Origin: an uncultured archaeon
GTDB lineage: Archaea > Iainarchaeota > Iainarchaeia > Iainarchaeales > JAAZKV01
Direction of reading: 5' to 3'
Assembly (NCBI GenBank): GCA_902385225.1
Contig: CABMEU010000029.1
Coordinates: 41,065 to 105,064 of the forward strand
Length of the DNA stretch: 64,000 bases
The position numbers and the translations under genes are program-made. Positions 37,102 to 45,942 of the stretch are shown piece by piece (the first letter of the stretch is position 1; each line of letters opens with the position of its first letter). The notes beneath the pieces were generated by a model that was not told the DNA's origin, made no database searches, and saw nothing but the letters and a program-made list of their open reading frames with translations.

Positions 37102-37521
37102 TTATTCAACAAACTCTGCGTTAACAACGCCTTCTTGTCCGGGTCTGTTAGTAACTCTTGCGAGTTTTTCTGCGCCGTCAACTTTTACGCGTATTACTGC
37201 GCCTTTTGTTGATACATTTGATCTTGCGAACAATCTGTTAGCGTCATTAGTTTTAACTGAAACGATTTCGTATTTAGCGATTTTTCCTTTCTTATCAGTA
37301 ACATTAGCGTTCTTTACAAATATAGCTCTAGTTTTGCTTGTATTTCCCATGCCTGCTTTTGCCTCTATTTTATCCTTAGCAACGCTTGTATCAGTTTTAG
37401 TTAGCGCAGCTGCTCCGCCTTTTGCGGATAATTTTCTTGAATTAGCGTTAATAGTATTGCGTCTTCCGCCGCTTGCTTTCTTATCGCTTCTTTCGTGCCA
37501 CTGAACCATTAATCTCACCAA
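37102..37521 (-). CDS. Hypothetical protein
   Basis: 139 aa with no motif. Confidence 0.3.
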   Translation of the reverse strand: MVRLMVQWHERSDKKASGGRRNTINANSRKLSAKGGAAALTKTDTSVAKDKIEAKAGMGNTSKTRAIFVKNANVTDKKGKIAKYEIVSVKTNDANRLFARSNVSTKGAVIRVKVDGAEKLARVTNRPGQEGVVNAEFVE

Positions 37522-37583
37522 GTATTAACAAAATCCTGCACGGGCAGGTTTTTAAATGTTTCAAGGAGGGTCAAAAATTGGTT

Positions 37584-38042
37584 TTACCTTTTGCGCTGAG
37601 GGATTTTTAGCTGTGAAGGATTAGTGGAAACCCGTCTCCCAAATAGCCTTCCGTTTGGCTTATATCTTACTTCTTTTCTTGTCACGTTGTGTCTTAATCC
37701 GCCGTAGCGCTCAGTGAGTCTTCTCTTTAATTCGCCTTTTTCGTTGTATATCCTTGTAATTACTGAAGAAGAAAGTAATCCGGTTGGGCTGCGGGTGGTT
37801 GCTCTTGTATGAATATATCCTCCGTCGTGTGTTCCAAATACATCCTCAACGTATCTGCTTCCCAAATTTCGCTTAATTTGAACCTGTCCCCTTTTCTTAA
37901 TAAATGCCATATCTTCCGGCGCAAGCCTTCTTTTTGTGGCTTCCTTTAATTTTCTCTCAACAAATTGGAATGGTTTTAGTAGTGATGATAGAAAGCCCAT
38001 TTTATCAGAATAACAAAGGTGTTTGAAATATTTAAACCGCAC
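37584..38042 (-). CDS. Hypothetical protein
   Basis: 152 aa, basic, no motif. Confidence 0.3.
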   Translation of the reverse strand: MRFKYFKHLCYSDKMGFLSSLLKPFQFVERKLKEATKRRLAPEDMAFIKKRGQVQIKRNLGSRYVEDVFGTHDGGYIHTRATTRSPTGLLSSSVITRIYNEKGELKRRLTERYGGLRHNVTRKEVRYKPNGRLFGRRVSTNPSQLKIPQRKR

Positions 38043-38046
38043 TCAC

Positions 38047-38763
38047 TTAGGGCAGTTTTCTAACTGGTTTTGTAATAATAATTACTTCATTTCCAACGAG
38101 CCGGTAATCTTTTGGGCTTATCCCGTTTTGAATTAGCATTGCATTTAATTCTTCTCCGAATCCCAAGTGTGATTTGAGGAAGTGTATTGCTGCAACCCCT
38201 CCCGGTTTTAGCATTGTAATTGCTTTTTCTATTGCGCTTACTGGTGCCTGTCCGTGAATTGCCGGACCATAATGCGAAAAAATAAGGTCATATTTTCCCG
38301 GGACTCTTGTTGTCAAAAAATCCCCCTCAATTATTCTATCAACCGCATCGTGGAATAGGGGGGTTTTTGTCTTCTCTAATTCTTTTGGATTAGGTTTCTT
38401 TAGAATTGTTCCAGTAGTAAATATCCTTCCGCCAAATTCTGCTTTTAGTTCGCTTAGTGCTCTAGCGTTCCCGCAGCCATAATCAAGCACCATTACTTTT
38501 TTGCCGTTTTCTGCTCTGGTCAGTCTTTGCTTTATTTCCTTTCTTATTCTAAAGTTAAGCTGGTTCTCAATAGTGGATAGTGGTGCGCCAAAATAATTCC
38601 AACTACCTTTTCTGTCCTTTTGAAGACTCTCACTTAGTTTCATTCTCCATCTAATGGCTCTTGGATAATCTGGGGGCGTATTAATTGTCTCAACTTGTTT
38701 TCTTGTCCGTTCGGGTTTGTTAAGCGGGCGAAACATTTGCTTTACTGCGCGGCGGTCAATCAT
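38047..38763 (-). CDS. Class I SAM-dependent methyltransferase
   Basis: VLDYGCGNARAL motif I. Confidence 0.65.
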   Translation of the reverse strand: MIDRRAVKQMFRPLNKPERTRKQVETINTPPDYPRAIRWRMKLSESLQKDRKGSWNYFGAPLSTIENQLNFRIRKEIKQRLTRAENGKKVMVLDYGCGNARALSELKAEFGGRIFTTGTILKKPNPKELEKTKTPLFHDAVDRIIEGDFLTTRVPGKYDLIFSHYGPAIHGQAPVSAIEKAITMLKPGGVAAIHFLKSHLGFGEELNAMLIQNGISPKDYRLVGNEVIIITKPVRKLP

Positions 38764-38819
38764 ACAAAAGAGTTGTTTGTTGTAGTATAAATTAGTTTTT
38801 GCGGGTTAATTGGCGCAAG

Positions 38820-41207
38820 TTATTCATCAACAGGCTCTTCATCAATAATTACTTCTTCATTATTTTCCTCTCCCGCGCCCTCTGTGTTTTCAGAATTCTC
38901 AGTATCCTGCGGCTCAAGGTAAATTGTTTTATTATCATCATACTTTTCCTCAAGAACTTTTTTTATCATTCTTGCTTTCTTCTTCCCCAAATTCTCCACG
39001 TTTTGTAATTCTTTTTCGCTCGCGTTCGCGATTGCTTTTATTGAGCCGAATTTCTCAAGCAGTCCTTTTGCGAGGAGCGGTCCAACGAGAGGGAGTCCTT
39101 CAGTAATGAATCTCTGCTGTTCGGATAGTGTTAGTCCTTTTCTCCCAACACGCAAGCGCACTTCCTTATCCTGCCCGATTTGTTCGCGTTTTGCTATTAC
39201 ATAAAGGTATTCAGCGGTTTCCGCGGGGGTTTTTGTATTAAGCACAGGGACTTGGTAATCAAGCGCAATTGAAGTGAGCGCGCCAATAATTGAATTTCTG
39301 TGTATGTTTCGCAGGGTGAACATGTCCTGCATATTTCCTTCAATAATTATCATGGGTTTTGCGTAATTCTGCCTCATGTTCATGAGCTGGGCGAATAATC
39401 TCCCATCAACCATTGAATTCACAAAATCATCAATTGTTTTTCTTTCCACGCAAACATCCTTGCTCAAAACATAATCCCCAATATCAAGCGGCTTCATTAT
39501 GATTTTCACTTTTTCTTTTCCAAAGAGTTCCTTATTCACTGTTGAGGCCTGCTCGCGCGAATCAACAAAAATAATTATCTGCTCCCCTTTGTTTTCAGTG
39601 AAAGTCGAAAGCAATGTTTGTGCGGGCATTGCAGAAGTCACAGCTTCGGCTTTCTTCATTTCGTGCAGGGTTTCCTTCATTTTCCTTTCCTTTGAGCGCG
39701 CGGTCCAGTAGAACGCCTCATCACGCGTATTTTTTGCCATGAGAATTATTGCTTTTCCTTTTCCAAATCTCCCCGTTCTTCCTCTTCGCTGAATTGTTCT
39801 AATTTCGCTAGGAACCGGTTCAAAGAATACAACTAGTTCAACGCTAGGGATATCAAGTCCCTCTTCCGCAACCGAACTCGTAACCAAAATATTGTGTTTT
39901 CCGTTTCTTAGTTCCTCAAGCACTTCCTGCTGGAGTTTTTGATTCATTCCCTTCTCAGTTCCCTTTGTCGCCTGCCCGATGAATTTTGTCGCTTTGATTT
40001 TTTCCGCGCCCGCCTCCTCCGCGGAATTTAGAAATTCCACAACTTCCCTTATGGAATCGCGGTAGTGATTGAAAACAATTATTTTGCTTTCCGGTTGTGC
40101 CTCAAGCTGGCGGAGAACAATTTTCTTCAGCTCCGCGTATTTTGGGTGCTGTACTTTTTCCTCAAATAATTTGTGTGTTAGTGCAATCGCTTGCTTGATA
40201 TTATCATCCATTGTAATTGCCCGCGCGGCTTTGCTTTTTCCAATTCGCGCTTCCTCAATTAATTTATCAAAATAATTATTCAAAGCACCTATCCCCTGTG
40301 TTTCAATTAATTCCTCCGCGTGAGAAACTTTCAAAAGCGCAGCGCACTTGCTCGCCGCAAAGAATAAACTCGGTTGGGTTTTTCCGTGTGAGATAATTCT
40401 TCTCCGAATATTTGACTGCATTTCAAGTAGTTTGAATTTATTCCAATATCTTCGGTTTTCGGTTACGGCAAACCCAAGTCCTTTGAGTACTTTGAGCTGG
40501 GAAGTTTGGAATTCCTCAAGGTGTTTTTTTATTTTAATAAAATCCGCGGGGAGATCAACCTTCACCCAATCAATATCAATTTCATTTACATATGGTTTGA
40601 CATCAGAATCATTTGCATCTTTTATCTCAATATTTTTTATGAAAAGATTTCTGCATACGTCCTGTATGTGCTCCGCCTCGCTTCCCGGGCTTGCGGTGAG
40701 CGCGAGTGTTAAACAATTAGGGTTTTGTTTTTGTAATTGGAGCGCAACAAACACATAAGCGTAATCCCCTACTGCCCTGTGCGCCTCATCAAATATTACC
40801 AGCCCAAACTCTTTTAGTGAAAATCTTCCCGAGAGTAAATCATTCTCAATTGTCTGCGGAGTAGCGTTAATTATTGTTTTATTTTTGTAAATCTCTTCTC
40901 GTTGTTTTGCGGGAGTGCTCCCTGTCATTGAAATAATTCTCTCTTCCGGAATTTCAAGAAACTTTTTGAAGCTCTTCTCATGCTGAACCGCTAAGGGTTT
41001 TGTTGGCGCAAGGAAAAGTATTTTTGAATTTGGTTTATTTTCAAGAACATAAGCCGCAAGCATCACAGCGACAATTGTTTTTCCAAGTGCCGTGGGTGCA
41101 ACAACAAGCGTATTTCCCTTCTCAACTACCCGCGTAACAATTACTTCCTGATAGAGCCTAGCCTCAACGCTGTCAAGCTTAATCAGATTATGCTTAATGA
41201 AGGACAT
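38820..41207 (-). CDS. hef: Hef helicase-nuclease (DEAH helicase + ERCC4/XPF nuclease + HhH2)
   Basis: Walker A APTALGKT, FDEAHRAVG (DEAH), ERCC4 nuclease motif VCVERKTIDDF, and a C-terminal HhH. Acidic tail. Confidence 0.85.
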   Translation of the reverse strand: MSFIKHNLIKLDSVEARLYQEVIVTRVVEKGNTLVVAPTALGKTIVAVMLAAYVLENKPNSKILFLAPTKPLAVQHEKSFKKFLEIPEERIISMTGSTPAKQREEIYKNKTIINATPQTIENDLLSGRFSLKEFGLVIFDEAHRAVGDYAYVFVALQLQKQNPNCLTLALTASPGSEAEHIQDVCRNLFIKNIEIKDANDSDVKPYVNEIDIDWVKVDLPADFIKIKKHLEEFQTSQLKVLKGLGFAVTENRRYWNKFKLLEMQSNIRRRIISHGKTQPSLFFAASKCAALLKVSHAEELIETQGIGALNNYFDKLIEEARIGKSKAARAITMDDNIKQAIALTHKLFEEKVQHPKYAELKKIVLRQLEAQPESKIIVFNHYRDSIREVVEFLNSAEEAGAEKIKATKFIGQATKGTEKGMNQKLQQEVLEELRNGKHNILVTSSVAEEGLDIPSVELVVFFEPVPSEIRTIQRRGRTGRFGKGKAIILMAKNTRDEAFYWTARSKERKMKETLHEMKKAEAVTSAMPAQTLLSTFTENKGEQIIIFVDSREQASTVNKELFGKEKVKIIMKPLDIGDYVLSKDVCVERKTIDDFVNSMVDGRLFAQLMNMRQNYAKPMIIIEGNMQDMFTLRNIHRNSIIGALTSIALDYQVPVLNTKTPAETAEYLYVIAKREQIGQDKEVRLRVGRKGLTLSEQQRFITEGLPLVGPLLAKGLLEKFGSIKAIANASEKELQNVENLGKKKARMIKKVLEEKYDDNKTIYLEPQDTENSENTEGAGEENNEEVIIDEEPVDE

Positions 41208-41355
41208 GATTAGTTATTGGTTTGATGGTTTTTAAAAGCTCTCGAAGTGAATTGCCGGCATTTGATTCCTTTAATTCCTTTTTTCTCCCCAAAAAGCCAA
41301 CCTTTATATTCTTTTAAGTTTTTATTGTGAAAGCAAGGTTTGTTTTGCTATTTGG

Positions 41356-41568
41356 GTGATTATAATGAGTGAACTGCCATTAGCAGCTGTTGATAGAATA
41401 ATTAGAAAAGCCACTGGTGTGAGGGTGAGCGAGAGCGCTGCGAAGGAACTTGGTAATTATTTGGAAGAAGAGGGAATGAAGGTTGCCCAGCAGGCGGCGG
41501 TGTTCTCAAAGCATGCCGGAAGAAAAACTGTTACGGATGAGGATATTAGGCTTGCGTTGAAAAAATAA
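41356..41568 (+). CDS. Archaeal histone (single histone fold, HMf-like)
   Basis: MSELPLAAVDRIIRKATGVRVSE...SKHAGRKTVTDEDIRLALKK. This aligns well with archaeal HMfA/B. Confidence 0.8.
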   Translation: MIIMSELPLAAVDRIIRKATGVRVSESAAKELGNYLEEEGMKVAQQAAVFSKHAGRKTVTDEDIRLALKK

Positions 41569-41580
41569 TTTCTCGCTTTT

Positions 41581-41907
41581 ATGAATTCTCGTTTCAAGGC
41601 GCAAAGAGCAGGACCTCCTAAGTTTAGGGTTGTTCCGCCAAGGTGGGCGGTTAATTATAAATTATTCCTCAAAACTTATTCCGCGGAGCTTGAGATTCTT
41701 GAAGGAAAAACTTTTGCGGAGTTTCTAAAGTTCAAAACTGTGAGCAGGGAAAATGCCATTAAATTTGAATTAAAGCGTCTTTTGGAAATGCGGAAAGAAT
41801 GGTTAAGCGACCCAAAAGAAGTTAGTTTCGCTAGGAATCTCACACCGAAGGTATTACTTGGTATGGCGGAGCGAAACATATCAATTGCCTATGGGGCAAA
41901 AAAATAA
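41581..41907 (+). CDS. Hypothetical protein
   Basis: 108 aa with no motif. Lies between the histone and RuBisCO genes. Confidence 0.3.
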   Translation: MNSRFKAQRAGPPKFRVVPPRWAVNYKLFLKTYSAELEILEGKTFAEFLKFKTVSRENAIKFELKRLLEMRKEWLSDPKEVSFARNLTPKVLLGMAERNISIAYGAKK

Positions 41908-41979
41908 CTTTCCTGTTCTGTTTTTGCTTCGGCAGGGCAATCTTTTTATTCTGCAAATCCCATTTAAGTATGGTGTTTT

Positions 41980-43332
41980 TTGATGAGCGAGAAGGGAAGG
42001 GTAAAGGAATACGAGGGTTATTTGGATTCTAATTACAAGCCGAACAGGGATGATTTGGTTTGCGAGTATTTTTTGGAACCCGCAAAAGGAATTACGCTTG
42101 AGAGTGCCGCGCAGAGAATCGCCTCAGAGTCAAGCATCGGAACTTGGACTGATATTGGAACTCTTCCTAAGAGAATGTTTGATGAACTCTCGCCAAGAGT
42201 TTTCTTCGTTGATAAAAAGAATAGTATTGTTCGAATCGCTTATTCAAAAAAACTCTTTGAGCCGAATAATATTTCACAGATCTTAAGCTCCGTTGCGGGA
42301 AATATTTTCGGAATGAGTGATGTGAAGAATCTAAAATTATTAGATATTGATTTCCCCGAGTCTTTTGTTGACAAGTATATGGGTCCGCATTATGGAATCG
42401 ACGGGGTAAGAAAGCTAATGAAAGTAAAATACAGGCCATTCGTTGGAACAATTGTAAAACCAAAACTTGGTCTTGATGAGAAGAAGCACGCGCAGGTGGC
42501 GTATGAGGCGTGGAAGGGCGGGTGCGATTATGTTAAGGATGATGAGAATCTCACCTCAATGAGCTTCAATAACTTTTACAAAAGAATTAATGTGACTCTT
42601 AGGGCGAGAGAAAAAGCGGAGCGGGAAACCGGCGAGCGAAAAGCGTATTTGCCAAATGTAACCGCGCCTTATGATGAAATGTTAAGAAGAGCAAGGCATG
42701 TTGTCCGCATGGGCGGAGAATTTGTGATGGTTGATGTGCTCACGGTTGGATTCTCCGGTATACAGGCGCTTCGTGACCACGATTTGAATGTGGTCTACCA
42801 TGGTCACCGCGCAATGCACGGCGCGTTTACCCGAAATCCTCATCATGGAATCTCAATGCTCGTGATAGCAAAACTCTGTCGTTTAATTGGAATTGACCAA
42901 TTGCATGTCGGCGGAGTTGTTGGGAAAATGTATGAAGGAAAAGAAGAGGTTACGGCTGTTGGGGAGGAAATTGAACAGCAAGTGGTAAGCAAAGATATTT
43001 TTAGGCACAGGCTTCAGCAGGACTGGTGTGACTTAAAGCCAATCCTTGCGGTTTGCTCTGGGGGGCTTCATCCTGGAAAAGTTCAGCCATTAATTCACGC
43101 AATGGGGAGAGATATAATTATCCAAGCCGGCGGAGGAATCCACGGCCACCCAAGAGGAACACTCGCGGGCGCAATGGCGATGAGGCAGGCGGTTGATGCG
43201 GAGATGGAAGCAAAGAGTCCTATTGAGTACGCAAAAACCCACTCGGAGCTTCGAGAAGCCTTGCAAAAATGGCACGGAATGAATTTTTACGAAAGGCATC
43301 ATGAGAGTTTGAGAAAAGGCGGGAAGAGATAG
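41980..43332 (+). CDS. rbcL: RuBisCO large subunit, form III (archaeal type)
   Basis: GGCDYVKDDENLTS, the carbamylated-Lys/KDDE active-site region. GLHPG and the GGGIHGHP C-terminal motif. 450 aa. No small-subunit gene nearby. Confidence 0.9.
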   Translation: MMSEKGRVKEYEGYLDSNYKPNRDDLVCEYFLEPAKGITLESAAQRIASESSIGTWTDIGTLPKRMFDELSPRVFFVDKKNSIVRIAYSKKLFEPNNISQILSSVAGNIFGMSDVKNLKLLDIDFPESFVDKYMGPHYGIDGVRKLMKVKYRPFVGTIVKPKLGLDEKKHAQVAYEAWKGGCDYVKDDENLTSMSFNNFYKRINVTLRAREKAERETGERKAYLPNVTAPYDEMLRRARHVVRMGGEFVMVDVLTVGFSGIQALRDHDLNVVYHGHRAMHGAFTRNPHHGISMLVIAKLCRLIGIDQLHVGGVVGKMYEGKEEVTAVGEEIEQQVVSKDIFRHRLQQDWCDLKPILAVCSGGLHPGKVQPLIHAMGRDIIIQAGGGIHGHPRGTLAGAMAMRQAVDAEMEAKSPIEYAKTHSELREALQKWHGMNFYERHHESLRKGGKR

Positions 43333-43411
43333 TCTGATTTTTTGTTTCCTCCATCCAAACCAACACTTTTTTTAACCCTAAAGCACTCTTTATATTAGAA
43401 ATTGTTTTTGC

Positions 43412-44020
43412 GTGGTGATATTTGTGGAAGAAACTCTAAAGAATTTGGGTAAAGCGTTTATTGGGGAATCACAGGCGAGGAATAGATACACTTTTTTTGC
43501 AAAACAGGCGCTTAAGGAGGGGTATATCCAACTCTCGGATATTTTTACAGTAACCGCTGAACAGGAACGCGAGCACGCAAAGAAAATTGCGATAATGATT
43601 CAGGATGTTAAGGACTTAATGAAGAAAGCCAAGAAGAAGGTTCCCGAGACGATTGAACTTGATACCCACGCGGACGCTGGGATGGGGGACACTCAATTTA
43701 ATTTAAAGGGTGCAATTGCCGGAGAAACTTACGAAACCGAAGAGATGTACCCTGCTTTTGCCAAACAAGCTGATAAGGATGGCTTGCCTGAGGTAGCTAA
43801 GAGATTACGCTCAATTGCGGTTGCGGAGAGGCACCACGCTGAACGCTACCAAAAATTCCTTGACGGAATCAAAGCCGGCTCCTTGTGGAAGAAAGAAAAA
43901 GTAACTATTTGGGTTTGCAGAGAATGCGGCTACCAGCACATCGGAAAAGAGCCTCCAAAAGAGTGCCCATCATGCGGACACGCGAGCAATTACTTCCTGG
44001 TTAAGTGTGAAGAGTATTAA
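43412..44020 (+). CDS. Rubrerythrin (ferritin-like di-iron domain + C-terminal rubredoxin)
   Basis: Diiron ExxH motifs (EREHAKK, ERHHAERY) and a C-terminal CRECGYQH...CPSCGH. Confidence 0.85.
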   Translation: MVIFVEETLKNLGKAFIGESQARNRYTFFAKQALKEGYIQLSDIFTVTAEQEREHAKKIAIMIQDVKDLMKKAKKKVPETIELDTHADAGMGDTQFNLKGAIAGETYETEEMYPAFAKQADKDGLPEVAKRLRSIAVAERHHAERYQKFLDGIKAGSLWKKEKVTIWVCRECGYQHIGKEPPKECPSCGHASNYFLVKCEEY

Positions 44021-44036
44021 TCTCTCAGTTTTCTTT

Positions 44037-44071
44037 GTGCGAGGAGGCAGAAATTTTGCCCTCCTTTGCAC
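44037..44071 (+). terminator. GC-rich hairpin immediately after the rubrerythrin stop
   Basis: gtgc-gaggagg...cctcct-ttgcac: a 6-bp aggagg/cctcct stem plus an outer 4-bp gtgc/gcac stem. It starts 17 nt after the taa stop. Confidence 0.35.
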
Positions 44072-44654
44072 TTAATTGTTTTTAGTGGCATCACCACTCA
44101 TTAGGCATTAACACCCACTTCTTATTTGAAATCACTATAAGTTGGGCGATATCGATCACTAGTTTGTTATGTTAGTTGTTGTTTTGAAATATTTGGTGCG
44201 CAAACTTTCTCCAAAACCCTCAAAACCGCTGCTTTTCTTAATGTATAATTAGGCTTATTTTGTGTTTAATTTGGGATTTAAACCATTTCGCCCTTTTTGC
44301 ATATATTTAAACAATTCGTTCTTCGACATAACAAAAATATGCCTTCTAAGGGGGGTGGAGGCAAAGTCGTCAAAACAAGGCTGATAAAAGCTCAGAACTA
44401 TCAAAATAAGCTATTTTAACACTTTTCACTAGTAAAATTCCTGTTTTTTTACGTCATGTTGGTTATATTTGGGTTTAAAGCGTGTTTAACGTACTTTGCA
44501 TAGTTCCACAATCAACGAAGTGAGTGAAATAAGCCTTATTTGGGCTTCTTTTTGTGTTTAAGGCGTTATAATCCTATACATAAAAGCAAAGGTTTATAAG
44601 TAAGGTGTGAGGCAATATAAGCAATTAAATTTTAGCCTTTTAAGGCAGGGTGAT

Positions 44655-45749
44655 ATGATGAAGTCATTAATTGAAGCTTCCGTTCATAAGAGCGGAACTA
44701 CTGTAGCAGACGATAAATTGGAGGAATTCGGCACACCAAAAATCATGGTTATTGGTGCAGGCGGAGCTGGATGTAACGCGGTAAACAGACTTGCGGCTAT
44801 GGGAATAGCAGGCGCACAGTTAGTTGCTGTTAACACAGATAAGCAACACCTCGCAATTGTTAACGATGAGATAACAAAAGTTCTTATCGGTAAAAGCGTA
44901 ACAAGAGGACTAGGAGCAGGCGGTTACCCAGAAGTTGGTGCTAAGGCTGCTGAAGTATCAAGAAACGCTCTTGAAGAAGTAATGGCTGGAGTAGATATGT
45001 TATTCTTATCATCCGGAATGGGTGGAGGAACAGGAACAGGCTCAGCTCCAATAATTGCAGGAATTGCAAAAGAACAGGGGGCAATTGTAATCGCAATGGT
45101 TACTTACCCGTTCGCTCTAGAAAAAGCTAGATTAATTAAAGCTGAAGAAGGTATTGACGCTTTGCAGAAAGTCTGCGACACAGTTGTTGTTATTGATAAC
45201 AACCGATTGGTTGAATTAGTACCTAACTTGCCAATACAGGACGCATTCAAAGTTGCTGATGAAGTAATTGCAAGAACTGTAAGAGGAATTACAGAGACAA
45301 TCACACAGCCTTCATTAATCAACTTGGATTATGCTGATGTTCGCTCAATAATGAGTAACAAAGGACTATCAGTTATCGCTGTTGGTGAATCAAAATCTGT
45401 TGACAAAGTTAACGAAGTTGTTGAAGACACTTTGAAGAACGCTTTGTTAGATATTGATATCGCTGGAGCTACTGGATGCTTAATCCACATCACAGGCGGG
45501 CCAGACCTAACTCTAGGTGAAGCTAACGCTGTTGGTGAAATGCTAACAGAAAGAATTGATCCTAAAGCTGTTGTAATATGGGGAGCAAGAGTAGACCCAA
45601 CTTTTGAGAACAAACTCGAAGTTATCTGCATCTTCACTGGAGTTCACAGCCCATACATCAAGTCTTCTCCAAGCAAATTCAGCGGAAAAGGCGAGAAAGG
45701 AAGCCACTCATACAGAAACAGTGACTTAGACCTTGACTTCATTAGGTAA
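44655..45749 (+). CDS. ftsZ: Cell division GTPase FtsZ
   Basis: GAGGAGCNAVNR and the tubulin signature SGMGGGTGTGSAP. The start is trimmed to MMKSL. Confidence 0.9.
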   Translation: MMKSLIEASVHKSGTTVADDKLEEFGTPKIMVIGAGGAGCNAVNRLAAMGIAGAQLVAVNTDKQHLAIVNDEITKVLIGKSVTRGLGAGGYPEVGAKAAEVSRNALEEVMAGVDMLFLSSGMGGGTGTGSAPIIAGIAKEQGAIVIAMVTYPFALEKARLIKAEEGIDALQKVCDTVVVIDNNRLVELVPNLPIQDAFKVADEVIARTVRGITETITQPSLINLDYADVRSIMSNKGLSVIAVGESKSVDKVNEVVEDTLKNALLDIDIAGATGCLIHITGGPDLTLGEANAVGEMLTERIDPKAVVIWGARVDPTFENKLEVICIFTGVHSPYIKSSPSKFSGKGEKGSHSYRNSDLDLDFIR

Positions 45750-45770
45750 ATAGTTTTTTAGTATTGCAAA

Positions 45771-45840
45771 AGAGGGGACCCCAACCCCCTCTGAAGCATG
45801 AAGGGCAGCAAAAATAAAGTTTTGCCCTTGCCCTTCATGC
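45771..45840 (+). terminator. Tandem strong hairpins downstream of ftsZ
   Basis: Hairpin 1: agagggg/cccctct, 7-bp stem, 45771-45792. Hairpin 2: a perfect 11-bp inverted repeat gcatgaagggc...gcccttcatgc, 45796-45840, with an inner gcaaaa/ttttgc pairing. Confidence 0.4.
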
Positions 45841-45942
45841 TTCACTTGCACATCCTTTTTTAATCTTCAAATTTGTTCTTTGTGTTGATTCCGCCTAACC
45901 AAAAGCATTTCTTTTATATTCTCTTTAGTCTTTTTTCTTTAC

